From positions 13,056 through 77,055 of the IMG/VR virus record IMGVR_UViG_3300020045_004441: a DNA stretch of 64,000 nt; one strand, 5' to 3'. The position numbers and the translations under genes are program-made. Origin of the DNA: a virus. Taxonomy: Duplodnaviria; Caudoviricetes. The notes beneath the pieces are model-generated. The model did not search any database. It was not told the DNA's origin and saw only the letters and a program-made list of their open reading frames with translations. Each line of letters begins with the position of its first letter. Position 1 is the stretch's first letter. Below, piece by piece: positions 51,246 through 62,500 of this stretch.

Positions 51246-53624
51246 ATGTCAACACAATCATCTGGATTTCCCAGACAAAAATTACCATCTTCAAAGAAAA
51301 ATCTAGAGTGGAGAAAGTCTCATTTAGATTGGGCGGACAAGAATAGTTATCTTTTTAATAATAATGTACGCAGATCATTGCGTGGCAAGAAGATTAATTA
51401 CGACTTGTTTAACGGCATATTGCATGAAGAAGATATGAAGAAGACTCTTAACCCGATGAATAAACGGGTTGGTCTTATACCAAGTCAAATACAGCATTTC
51501 CCAATTATTAACAATCCATTAAACGTTTTAATAGGTGAGGAATCTCGTAGAAAACATGATTACATTGTTAAGGTGTGTAATGATGATGCTATATCTGCAA
51601 TTGAAATTGATAAGGTTAAGGACGCTCAGGAAAGGATACTTCAAATTATCACAGCTGAATATCCAGATGAGAAAGAGGCTGAAAAAGAAATAGAAAGATT
51701 ACAACAATATTTTAATTATAATTGGCAAGATCTACGAGAGAAGAGAGCTAATTGGTTGCTAAAACATTATATCAAGGAGTTAGACTTTAACTTCAAAATG
51801 AATCAGGGGTTTAAGGACGTTCTTATCGCAGCTGAAGAGATATATCAATTCGATATATGCAGCGGTGAACCTACAATGGAATGCTTAAATCCAAGAAAAG
51901 TATATACCCTTAGAAGTGGTTATTCATCTAAAATAGAAGATGCTGACATTATTATTCTTGACGATTATTGGTCGCCAGCGAGAATTATTGATAATTACTA
52001 TGAAGACCTTAAAGATAAAGATATTGAATATATTGAGTCTATATCAAACCAAAATCTTGTACAGACTGATGAGATGGGTAATATGGACGAAAGGAGCGCT
52101 TTTTTATATTCTCCCCTCATAACCGAAGACAACCTAGAGAACAACACGGTTGATTCGTTTGTATGGATGGGAAATAACTTTGCTGGACTTCCAAATTCAT
52201 CATATGTAGACAATATGGGTAACGTTAGAGTTCTTCGTATATACTGGAAATCTAAGCGTAAAATTAAATCAGTTAAAGCATATGATCCGCAGACTGGTGA
52301 GGAGATGTATTCATTTAAGGATGAGACTTATAAAGTAGACCAATTTGCTGGAGAAGAATCAGAAGACCTCTGGGTTAATGAAATCTGGGAAGGTATTAAG
52401 ATAGGAAAGGAAGTATATATAAATATGCGTCCTAAGAAAGTACAATATATGCGCCTAAATAATCCAGCTCAATGTCATGCTGGTATTATTGGTCAAATAT
52501 ATAATACAAATCAGGCAAAAGCTGTATCTCTTGTAGATAGGATGAAGCCATATCAATATCTGTTTGATGCAGTTAAAGATAGGCTTAATAAGACTATTGC
52601 AAAGAACTATGGTAAAATTCTAGAATTAGATAAAGCTAGAATGCCAGCTGGTTGGGATTATCAAAAATGGTTGTATTTTATTGAGCAAGATAACATATCT
52701 GTAGTTGATAGCTTTAAGGAAGGAACTAAAGGGGCTGCTACTGGAAAGATAGCTGGCAACTTTAACACTTCTGGAAGACCATTAGACTTAGAGGTTGGAA
52801 ATTCAATTCAATTATATATTAATCTACTTGAATATCTCAAAGGTGAGATGTTTGAGATATCTGGTGTCTCTAAGCAGCGCCAGGGTCAGGTTGACAATCG
52901 TGAGACAGTGGGTGGCGTAGAGCGTGCAATTTCAAGTAGCTCCCATAGCACTGAAGAGCTTTTTATGATACATGACAATGTTCGTAAGCGCGCATTGATT
53001 GCGTTGCTAGAAACGGCTAAAATTGCCCTAAAAGGACGCAATAAGAAATTGCAATATATTACTGATGATAAGATAATGACAATGCTTGATGTAGACGGAG
53101 ATGAATTTGCAGAAATGGATTATGATATCATGGTTGATAATGATATGGGAGATATGGAGCTTAAGCAAAAATTAGAACAATTAGCTCATGCTGGACTCCA
53201 GAATCAAATGCTGTCATTCTCTACTGTAATGAAGATATTTACAGATTCATCATTAACATCCGTAATGCGTAGAATTGAGCAAGATGAGAACGCAATGAAA
53301 CAAAGTAAATCCGAAGAAGGTCAGGCTCAAAATGAAGCAATGCAAGCTCAGGTACGGTCTAATGAAAAGATGAAGCAATTAGAACTTCAATTGCAAGATT
53401 TAATTAGCCAACGTGAAAACGAGACCAGACTTCAGATCGCATTAATTGGTAAGGAAGGAGATTACACCGAAGAGGATGCATCTGATATGGAGAAAATTAA
53501 ATTACAGAGAGATAAATTAGAGCAGGATTATAAGCTGAAAATGAAAGACTTAGATGAGAAGTCTCGTCATAATATGGCACAAGAATCTATTGCTAAAAAT
53601 AAACCGCAAACATCTAAAAAATAA
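51246..53624 (+). CDS. Portal protein
   Basis: 792 aa directly after terL; IQHFPIINNPLNVLIGEE, SLVDRMKPYQY, ISGVSKQRQGQ, C-terminal coiled coil; crAss-like size. Confidence 0.85.
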   Translation: MSTQSSGFPRQKLPSSKKNLEWRKSHLDWADKNSYLFNNNVRRSLRGKKINYDLFNGILHEEDMKKTLNPMNKRVGLIPSQIQHFPIINNPLNVLIGEESRRKHDYIVKVCNDDAISAIEIDKVKDAQERILQIITAEYPDEKEAEKEIERLQQYFNYNWQDLREKRANWLLKHYIKELDFNFKMNQGFKDVLIAAEEIYQFDICSGEPTMECLNPRKVYTLRSGYSSKIEDADIIILDDYWSPARIIDNYYEDLKDKDIEYIESISNQNLVQTDEMGNMDERSAFLYSPLITEDNLENNTVDSFVWMGNNFAGLPNSSYVDNMGNVRVLRIYWKSKRKIKSVKAYDPQTGEEMYSFKDETYKVDQFAGEESEDLWVNEIWEGIKIGKEVYINMRPKKVQYMRLNNPAQCHAGIIGQIYNTNQAKAVSLVDRMKPYQYLFDAVKDRLNKTIAKNYGKILELDKARMPAGWDYQKWLYFIEQDNISVVDSFKEGTKGAATGKIAGNFNTSGRPLDLEVGNSIQLYINLLEYLKGEMFEISGVSKQRQGQVDNRETVGGVERAISSSSHSTEELFMIHDNVRKRALIALLETAKIALKGRNKKLQYITDDKIMTMLDVDGDEFAEMDYDIMVDNDMGDMELKQKLEQLAHAGLQNQMLSFSTVMKIFTDSSLTSVMRRIEQDENAMKQSKSEEGQAQNEAMQAQVRSNEKMKQLELQLQDLISQRENETRLQIALIGKEGDYTEEDASDMEKIKLQRDKLEQDYKLKMKDLDEKSRHNMAQESIAKNKPQTSKK

Positions 53625-53629
53625 ATATT

Positions 53630-53914
53630 ATGGCAAGCGAAATTACTGGTCAATTAAAGAAAATTAAAGAAGCAATAGATAGTCTAGGTTCTGTCAGTTC
53701 ACCTGGATTTGGTATATTTTTAGTAACTGGAGCGAATGATGTTGAAACAGATTGGCAGTTGCCAGACGATGCAAATATGGATAAAGCTTTCGTTGCCCTA
53801 AATCCAATGCAAGTTGAGGTTACTGCATTAACACTTAGTGGAGTTAAAACAATTAGATTTGCAATTGCTCCAGCAACTGGAGATTTTCCAAATGTAATTT
53901 ATAATAAAATTTAA
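53630..53914 (+). CDS. Small virion-associated protein
   Basis: 94-aa ORF after the portal. Confidence 0.5.
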   Translation: MASEITGQLKKIKEAIDSLGSVSSPGFGIFLVTGANDVETDWQLPDDANMDKAFVALNPMQVEVTALTLSGVKTIRFAIAPATGDFPNVIYNKI

Positions 53915-53916
53915 AT

Positions 53917-54801
53917 ATGAAAAAAATAATTTTAATATTCTGCCTATTAGGAATAATCTTAATATCAGCAGTTACAAGTCTAAAATGGAGACAGATCTCA
54001 GATGTTACCACAACATTAACTGAGATAAATTTTGTTCATGGATTAACTTCAGCAATTCAAACTCAATTAAATTCTAAATTAGACACAGCCATCGCTGACG
54101 CTCGTTATATACAAATAGCCAACGGAGATACGGCTGATTATTATACTGCTGCTGAAACAAAAGCAGTGGCGCAAACAAAAGTTGACAGCCTTCACGCAGT
54201 TGTCGGAAATAATTTATATGATCAGATTAATTTAATTGGTAGCAATAATGGGGGGAAAAAGTTTAAGTACTTCCCCGTAATGGTATCACAGCCGGTTCAG
54301 ACACAATTAACACTTGTCGATGGACGACCTTATGCAGCTTTATTTACAGTATTTAACACAGATACGATTACAGGTGTATCTTATGTAATGTCAACTCCTG
54401 GTATATTTACTGCGAATGGTTACAATGGATTCAAATTATATTCCGTAAATGCGACAACAAATGTAGCGTCTGTTATTGATTCTACTTTGACAGATGATGG
54501 GTTGTGGAAGGTTTCTGCTTATATTCAACAATCAAAAGCATTTACATCACCTAGAATTTTAACAAGAGGTGTGTATTTAGTTAGGGCTATTTGGAATACA
54601 TCTGATGGTGTTCCTAACACAGTTCCAGTAGTGTATAATCATATAACTCCAGCTAATTCATCTACATATCTTAATGGTGTTCTTCGTTCAGGATCATATC
54701 AAACAACTAATACATCGCTTTGGTTATCTAATACATTTGATTTCGATCTAGTTCCACACACAAATACAACAAGTATTCCCGGAATTTGGCTATATAAATA
54801 A
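53917..54801 (+). CDS. Tail-fibre-like protein with an N-terminal signal peptide
   Basis: MKKIILIFCLLGIILISA signal-like start; VTTTLTEINFVHGLTSAIQTQLNSK fibre motif; beta-rich C-terminal domain. Confidence 0.55.
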   Translation: MKKIILIFCLLGIILISAVTSLKWRQISDVTTTLTEINFVHGLTSAIQTQLNSKLDTAIADARYIQIANGDTADYYTAAETKAVAQTKVDSLHAVVGNNLYDQINLIGSNNGGKKFKYFPVMVSQPVQTQLTLVDGRPYAALFTVFNTDTITGVSYVMSTPGIFTANGYNGFKLYSVNATTNVASVIDSTLTDDGLWKVSAYIQQSKAFTSPRILTRGVYLVRAIWNTSDGVPNTVPVVYNHITPANSSTYLNGVLRSGSYQTTNTSLWLSNTFDFDLVPHTNTTSIPGIWLYK

Positions 54802-54802
54802 G

Positions 54803-56779
54803 ATGAAAAAACTATTTACTATTCTGTTGATGCTGATTATATCAGCTAATATACAGGCAGCAATTTACTATGTCAGTGATTCAGATGGGTCTGATTTTGA
54901 TTCTGGACTTACAACCGATTTCGCATGGAAAACATTGTCAAAAGTTAATGGGTTTACATTCGCTTCCGGTGATCAAATATTGTTCAAAAGAGGAGATACG
55001 TTTTACGGATCAATTACTGTCCCTCGATCTACTCTTACCTTTGGTGCTTATGGTACAGGTAATAATCCTATCATAAGTGGATTTCAAACTGTTTCAGGGT
55101 GGACTAATCAAGGTGATGGAATTTACAGAGCAACAACAGCAGCAACAGCTTCATGCAATATGGTTACGGTAAATGGGGTGAATACACCAATGGGAAGATA
55201 CCCAAATACCGGATATTTAACATTTGAATCTTTTGTAACTACAACTTCAATTACAGATACTCAATTAACAAACACTCCAAATTGGACGGGTGCCGAAGTT
55301 GTTATTAAAAAAAACAACTGGACGTTAGACAGGAGTTTGATAACAAATCATACAAACAGTACGATTACTTATACTTCTGGTTCAACATATACCCCAAACG
55401 TAGTGGATGGTGTTTATTCATATTTTATTCAGAACGATATTAAAACACTTGATACATTTGGGGAATGGTATTGTGATGGAACATATTTGTATATGTATTT
55501 TGGTGCTGCAAATCCTTCTTCCTATACCATTAAGGCAAGCGTTGTGGATACTATTATTGCAGTAACTAATGATGCAATTACTATTGAAAATTTAACCATT
55601 GAGGGCGGAAATATATATGGGGCATACATTTACTTATGTGCAAATACCTCAATATCAAATGTAATTTTCAGATTTAACGGATTGACTGGTATTTATGGGG
55701 ATTCTGGAAGTATTATCACAATTGATGGTTGTAATGTTAATAATAATAATGGGTTTGGAGTTTATGTAAGTGCAACATCAACTACTCTAAAGAATAGTAT
55801 CATTGATGCAAGCGGATTGTTTCCCGGAATGGGTGCTGCCAATGGATATTCGTTTATTGGGGCGCGTATAAGAAGTACTGGCGGATTGATTGAATATAAT
55901 GAAATAACAAACTCTGGGTACAATGGAATTGCTTTTTACAATAACAATTTCATTGTACGTTATAATAAAGTTGATGGATTTTGTTCAACACTAACCGATG
56001 GGGCAGGAATATATACATTTATTGGTGAGCCAACTACTCCTAATGTCGGTCAAAAAGTATATAATAATATTATAATGAACGGTGGTGCGAATGGACTATA
56101 CAATGATAACGCAGCAAACAATATCGAATGGTATAACAATACCGTTATCAATGTTGATAAGCATGGATTTCATTCAAATTTTCCGTATAGCTCAAATATT
56201 CATAACAATGTATTTTATAACACCAAAGGTCTTAGTATTCAAAACGGAGCATCTGCACAGGAAATAGCACACGACAACATATTTAGTTATAATATCGTTG
56301 TCCAGGGTGAAATAGATCAAACATTGTTCATACTAAGGGATTTGGGAACATGGAGGGTTCATAATTTTGGGACAAGTGATAACAATAGTTTCTATGTATT
56401 AGGGAGCTTGACAAGTACTGCTTATTTCTATGATCTATATGTAAGTCCGGGGTATAATTTGACTTATCGAAATTTTACTGATTGGAAAACATTAACATCA
56501 AAAGAAGCAAATACTACACTAAATGCAACAATTTTATCTGAAACTCATATAGCCTATAATGATACAAATGTTGCCAAATCAATACCATTGCCTTGGAATG
56601 CAGTTGATTTAAATGGAAATTATAAAGGATCATCTATTTATTTGCAGCCATATACTAGCATGGTATTGTTTTATTCTTCGCCAACAAATCTAGGCGGATT
56701 CAATAAAGCAAGAATACTACCAAGTGGGAAAGTACCTATCAATTCCCGTAATGGGTATAGGGTAATGGTAAAAGAATAA
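54803..56779 (+). CDS. Right-handed parallel beta-helix (pectate-lyase-like) protein with a signal peptide
   Basis: MKKLFTILLMLIISANIQA|AIYYVSDSDGSD..GD.ILFKRGDTF, repeated N..I.NN/DG.GIY rungs. Confidence 0.75.
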   Translation: MKKLFTILLMLIISANIQAAIYYVSDSDGSDFDSGLTTDFAWKTLSKVNGFTFASGDQILFKRGDTFYGSITVPRSTLTFGAYGTGNNPIISGFQTVSGWTNQGDGIYRATTAATASCNMVTVNGVNTPMGRYPNTGYLTFESFVTTTSITDTQLTNTPNWTGAEVVIKKNNWTLDRSLITNHTNSTITYTSGSTYTPNVVDGVYSYFIQNDIKTLDTFGEWYCDGTYLYMYFGAANPSSYTIKASVVDTIIAVTNDAITIENLTIEGGNIYGAYIYLCANTSISNVIFRFNGLTGIYGDSGSIITIDGCNVNNNNGFGVYVSATSTTLKNSIIDASGLFPGMGAANGYSFIGARIRSTGGLIEYNEITNSGYNGIAFYNNNFIVRYNKVDGFCSTLTDGAGIYTFIGEPTTPNVGQKVYNNIIMNGGANGLYNDNAANNIEWYNNTVINVDKHGFHSNFPYSSNIHNNVFYNTKGLSIQNGASAQEIAHDNIFSYNIVVQGEIDQTLFILRDLGTWRVHNFGTSDNNSFYVLGSLTSTAYFYDLYVSPGYNLTYRNFTDWKTLTSKEANTTLNATILSETHIAYNDTNVAKSIPLPWNAVDLNGNYKGSSIYLQPYTSMVLFYSSPTNLGGFNKARILPSGKVPINSRNGYRVMVKE

Positions 56780-56820
56780 TATAATTTCATTAAAAGAAAT
56801 ATTAATTTCAGTCTTAAATT

Positions 56821-57252
56821 ATGAGTGAAGATTCTATAAAAACAGCAGAAGAACAACTGCACGCTCTGATAAATGAGAGTAATCTCGTTTTGACAAAAAT
56901 GAAAAGTGAGAGCAGTTTAATATTTACTAAACTTAGAAAGACTATTAATGTACTTATATATGTTGGTTCTGGTATATTTTTAGCATTCTTACTTTCGTTT
57001 GTTGATGTTAGATCCAGAATGGCCACAATAGAATCAGAAAAGATATCTAAAGTTGAAGTTGATACTAAACTGGAAAAATACTCACTTAAAACTGGGGTTA
57101 TATTTTTTCAAAATAATATGTATGACATGAATAATGCTTATTTTCAACGCAAGCCAATGATGTCGGAGCAAAATATGGAACTAACATATATAAAAGCATT
57201 AAAGGAATTTAATGGAGATGTTAGTCGTGGAATCGAAAAACAATCAAATTAA
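56821..57252 (+). CDS. Single-TM protein with coiled coil (possible lysis or membrane protein)
   Basis: One hydrophobic helix INVLIYVGSGIFLAFLLSFV. Confidence 0.45.
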   Translation: MSEDSIKTAEEQLHALINESNLVLTKMKSESSLIFTKLRKTINVLIYVGSGIFLAFLLSFVDVRSRMATIESEKISKVEVDTKLEKYSLKTGVIFFQNNMYDMNNAYFQRKPMMSEQNMELTYIKALKEFNGDVSRGIEKQSN

Positions 57253-57258
57253 ATAACT

Positions 57259-58414
57259 ATGGCAAATATTATAATTCTAGCTACTTCAAATGTAGCTCAA
57301 GACGGATTAATTATCACTGACAGTACTGACTGGACATCTCTAGGAGTTCCTAGAAGCACTCTAACTAGTTTAACTATTAATTTATATGAGGCAATGGTTC
57401 ACATTGCTCCAGCATATAGTGCATATACGCTTAGTGTTTCTGAACTTTCGTCGTTTGTAACAGATGGAGTTGTTGAAATTCCATTTTTAAGTTTAGCTGG
57501 AGTAATATATTTGGAAGACTCGTGGTGGGAAGCCGTTGCATCTGGCAATTCTGGAACGTACGTAAGTAACTATGCTGGATTTGGCATATATGCAAGTATA
57601 ACCTATGCAGTGTTTAATCAAATTAATTGGATTCATGCTCCAGAAGAAATTAAATTTAATGCTGAAAAGTATGCAACTTCAGTGTTTTTCCTTGAAGGAC
57701 TTGGGAACCTAGATACTACAAATGTAAATTCAAGGGATGTAAAGTTTCAGAAAAGATTAATATCTTTGCAGAAAATGCTATTAAACATTTAATATGGTTA
57801 CACAATCTCAATTAAATACAGAAATTGATCTAGCAAAGAGAATATATTTATATTACTTTGATAAATACGCTACATATTTAACTATAGGTAGTGATAAATA
57901 CTTGCAATGGTACAAGGATTTATGTATATTATATTTTCTTGTCAGGGGGTTAAAATCTGTAAGAATAGTAGATGATTTGCTTTATATTGGAGATACTGAA
58001 ATAGATGAAACAATGTATGCAAAATTTGGATCTCTAGTTAGAGAATATGTTACATCTGATATTGGCGACATTGTATATGCAGAATTAGATATATATGGCA
58101 ACATTAAAGATATATCTAGCCCATCTACTCCGCCAGTAATTGTAACGTATCAAGGATTCAATAAAGAACCAATGGTTGCACTTGTTGATGTAGTAATGGA
58201 CAATACAACTGCAATTACAGTTCCATTCAATATTAATAACATAGACACGGATAGTATTGTAATTACAACTAGTACGGATGGAGATCCAATACCAATGGTC
58301 GCACCAGAAGAAGAGGGCGTACATTTTGTTGGAACCACAATGTATTGGCATACTTATTACGAATTAAAGGCTGGAGATAAAGTAAGAATAGTTTATTTAT
58401 TAAACGTATCTTAA
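57259..58414 (+). other. Two putative structural proteins (57259-57792, 57794-58414)
   Basis: 177- and 206-aa ORFs in the late block; function inferred from context. Confidence 0.45.
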
Positions 58415-58415
58415 T

Positions 58416-59552
58416 ATGGAATTTAGGACAATAAGGCAGACGTCTCACATAGATGGTGTTAATCGAAATCCTGGGATTGGAGAGCACGATAAATTAATGT
58501 CATGGGATAATAATGCTCAGAAAGTAAAGTACGTTTTAGTTAATGGATTAAATCCAAATTCAAAAACAGTTGCTGGATATGTATCTAAGGGAGACGATGC
58601 ATCTGCTGCAAATTATATATGGAAGCTTGATGGATCAAAAAATCCAGCATGGAGATTAGAGGAATATCTGGCATCTATCGCAAGGGTTGGAAACTCTGCA
58701 ATATTTACAATGAATGGCGGTGGAACTAAAACATTAGCGTTAGGATCGCTTGCTTGGGAGGATTCTATTGCTGGGGCCGTAACGACTGTTTTTGGGCGAT
58801 CTGGCAATGTTTTGGCGCTGAGTGGAGATTATACTGCTGACAAGATAACAAACGCATTTGACAAGCTTAATGACACCTTGGATGACATAACAGAGGGAGA
58901 TTCTAATAAGCATTTCACCTCTGACTATAAATCTCAGGTTGATTCAAATACATTAGCTAGGCACAGTCATTTAAATAAAGCACAATTAGATTTAATTACA
59001 GATGCTGGAGATGGAGTTATTCCTACTGCTGCTCAAATATCTGAATGGGACACTTATTCTTCTGGCGATGCTCAAAATGTAATGGACACAGTTGCTTCGT
59101 TTATTCAGGCAAATACTGGTATCTCTTGGGTGTATGACGATGCATTAAATCTATTTACTCCCACGATTAATTTAGGAGAATTCACTACTGATGACTTACC
59201 AGAGAGTGACACTAAGAAGTATTTCACCACGGCAAATCAACCTTTGATTGAAATATCATTACCATATGCATCCACTGTGGCTGGGCGCGTAGCAGGAGCG
59301 GTTGAGGGAGTTGACTATCCAACTGGGTGGGTTTTATCTGCTGGAATTAGCGCTGTAGATTTATCAATATCACATGGATTAAATAGGAGAGTTGCACAAG
59401 TGTCTATATGTGCAGTTACTGGAACCGAAGAGCAAGCGTTGTTTAATACAGCAGCTTACAATGGCTGGAAAACTCCAGATGCAAATTCACTACTTATTCA
59501 GTCTCTAGCAACAATTCCAAAACAAATAAAAATTTATATGATTTTTAAGTAA
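58416..59552 (+). CDS. Putative tail/fibre-associated structural protein
   Basis: VTTVFGRSGNVLALSGDY and DDITEGDSNKHFT fibre-type motifs. Confidence 0.6.
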   Translation: MEFRTIRQTSHIDGVNRNPGIGEHDKLMSWDNNAQKVKYVLVNGLNPNSKTVAGYVSKGDDASAANYIWKLDGSKNPAWRLEEYLASIARVGNSAIFTMNGGGTKTLALGSLAWEDSIAGAVTTVFGRSGNVLALSGDYTADKITNAFDKLNDTLDDITEGDSNKHFTSDYKSQVDSNTLARHSHLNKAQLDLITDAGDGVIPTAAQISEWDTYSSGDAQNVMDTVASFIQANTGISWVYDDALNLFTPTINLGEFTTDDLPESDTKKYFTTANQPLIEISLPYASTVAGRVAGAVEGVDYPTGWVLSAGISAVDLSISHGLNRRVAQVSICAVTGTEEQALFNTAAYNGWKTPDANSLLIQSLATIPKQIKIYMIFK

Positions 59553-59553
59553 C

Positions 59554-62500
59554 ATGAAGAAATTACTATTTATAATATTTTGGATAATAAGCATATTTGG
59601 ATATTCTCAAAGTACGCACGATGAGTATTATCGCATTGTAGACTGGAAGTTTTATCCAGGAAATATCACTCAGCTAACAGACTCTACATATGAAACCTAT
59701 GCTAATCCGTTTGACTACAACGATCCCGGTGCTATCAATAGGATAGTTGGTGATTATGTTGTAGACTTTGTTGGGCATAGGTACTTAGTGATTGATTCTA
59801 CATCAGTAACGATAACTCTTTTAGATATTTATCACACAGGACAAGCTCCTCAAACAGATCAAATAGCTAGGTGTTATAGATCTGTATATAACGGAGATTC
59901 AAAATATATCGGAAGTGTTGACTACTCACCATTGGACGAGTCTGCTAGATGGAAACTGAATGGCTCAGATAACGAACTATTATGGAGACATGGTATAGAC
60001 TATTGGCTACCATTTAAACGGTTAGTCTTAGATACTACTTACGTACATGATGGCTCTGAAGTTAAGGGTACTGTGGCTTGGAATGAAGCAACTCAGTCCA
60101 TAGAAACCCATATAGCAGATGATCTTCATCTAAATAATGGAGAGGAGCTTTGGGTTCCTCTTTGTATTAATAATAGTGGTGTTGATATATTGAATGGTCA
60201 GCCTGTCTATATAAATGGAGCAAGTGGATCAAGTCCAACGATATTATTAGCATCCAATATTACTTATGACGAGTCTAGACTTATTGGTGTGGCTACCCAA
60301 GATATCCCCAATGGCGCCTCTGGCAGGGTAACTAGATTTGGTTTTGTGAATGATATAAATCTAAGTGGCTGTACTGCTGGCAGCAATGTTTATTTAGGGG
60401 ATAAGGTGCTTACGCATATCAGGCCTACTGGTGGATTATTCCCAGTGGTTATAGGGAAAGCTATTGTCTGTTCAACAACCGGAAGATTATTGGTTTATCC
60501 ACAGACTGCTGAATATACTTCAGAAGTAAATAGAGCAGATGGCTGGGCTTCTTATCTACAAGGAGATCAAACAAACATATCTTTTGTTGATGGGACTAGA
60601 GTATTCTCAATCGCTCCAGTGGCGTCTACATTCTATTTTTATCAAGCAGGATTAAAATATATTAAGACTGGAACTCAGTCGATAACAATATCAGACGTTG
60701 AAGGTCTTCACATTATTTACTATAATCTTGGGGTATTATCTGAAATGGTGAATCCTTCTAATAGTCAGATAATAGAGGCCATTAGGAATAACGTAATAAC
60801 TTCTGTTATTTATTGGGATGCAACAAATAAAACGTCAATATACGTGTCTAATGAGAGGCATACTTTTCATTGGCCCTCATGGGTACATGCTTACGCGCAT
60901 TCATCATTTGGAACTCAATATAACTCAGGACTGGCTTTAACTAACATTACATTGGGATTAGGCACAACAAATGCCGATGCTCAGTTTGGATCAGACTCTG
61001 GAACTATTTCGGACGAAGACATTGTTACTACTACTGACGCAGTTTTAAGCACAGCAGGAATACCTATTTATTACAGGCTTGGCTCTGGCCTTGGAAACTG
61101 GCGAAGAGTTACTAGAGCTGGATATGCCTTCTTGAATGACGGCACTACAGGACTAGCTATGTATAATTTATATTCAGGAGGCACTTGGTCAATAACAACA
61201 ATGACCAATAATTATTATAGATTGGTTCATGTATTTGCAACAAATGACATTAGTACTCCAAATAAGATCATTGCCATGTCTGGTGTTGCCCAATATTCTT
61301 CTGCTACTTTAGCAGAAGCTGCTGTAAATAATGAGATAGCAAACATCTATAATAGTAATCTTCCTTTTGCGGAAGTAAAACACATAGGGAGTTTGATCCT
61401 ACACACAAAAACTGGTCTTGGAAATACAGTAAATGCGAGATATGTAGCTATTCCTTCGAAGCCATCAGGAGCAAACTTTTATTTAGACTTCAGGAAATCT
61501 AATATAATTGGTTCTGGCGGTGGAGGTTCCAGTGCGACTAGCTTTCTAGGACTTAGTGATACTCCAGATTCATATGCAGGACAAACTAATAAAATGGTTG
61601 GTGTTGACTCTGGTGAAACTGGCACTGAATTTAAAGCGGTAACAGCAACAGCAGCAGGAACGTTAAATATACCTACAGGACAACAATATCAAATAAACGG
61701 AGGTTCTGTTGTTGTTGATGCTATTAACGATGCTGTTACAACAACTGCTTCTAGTCAGAATGCTGTATTTGATGCTTTAGCCTTAAAGGAGACTGCAAAT
61801 GCAAATATTCAGCAACATATCACTAACGATGGTGATTTAAGTTCCACTAATGAAATTCAAGATTTATCTCTTTTAGGCAACACACTATCTCTTTCTGGAG
61901 ATGTAACAACAGTTGATATTTCTCAGGCAACAGCAGTACTAGCAAATACAGCTAAAATAACCAATGCCACTCACTCAGGAGACGCAACAGGAGCAACAGC
62001 GTTAACTCTAGCCACAGTAAATAGTAATATTGGCACGTATAACAACGTAACTATAAATGCTAAAGGATTAGCAACAGCGGGGTCAAACGTGGCTTATTCA
62101 ACAGATATTCATTCAAATATAACTGCTTTGAATGCTGTTTCAGGAGTTAATACGGGTGATCAAACCTTACCTACCGCTCTGCCAACACCAAACGCACTAA
62201 CAATGAATAATAGTGGAATTGGCGATGCAAGTGGTTCAACGTTTAACGGAAGTACTGCAAAGATAATAAGCTATAATACAATAGGATCCGCCCCAGCGAG
62301 TGGTTCTGCTAATTATATATGGAATGGAACTGAATCACAGACCGCAAATTATAATATAAATGGGAATGGTTATGCCAATTCATTTTCAACTTTAAAAGGT
62401 TATAAATGGATGGTTTTCGGAGACTCTTTTGCAGACGAAACGGGTGAATATCCAGATTACGTTGATGATCTTATAGGATGGACAGGTACTATTAGAAAAG

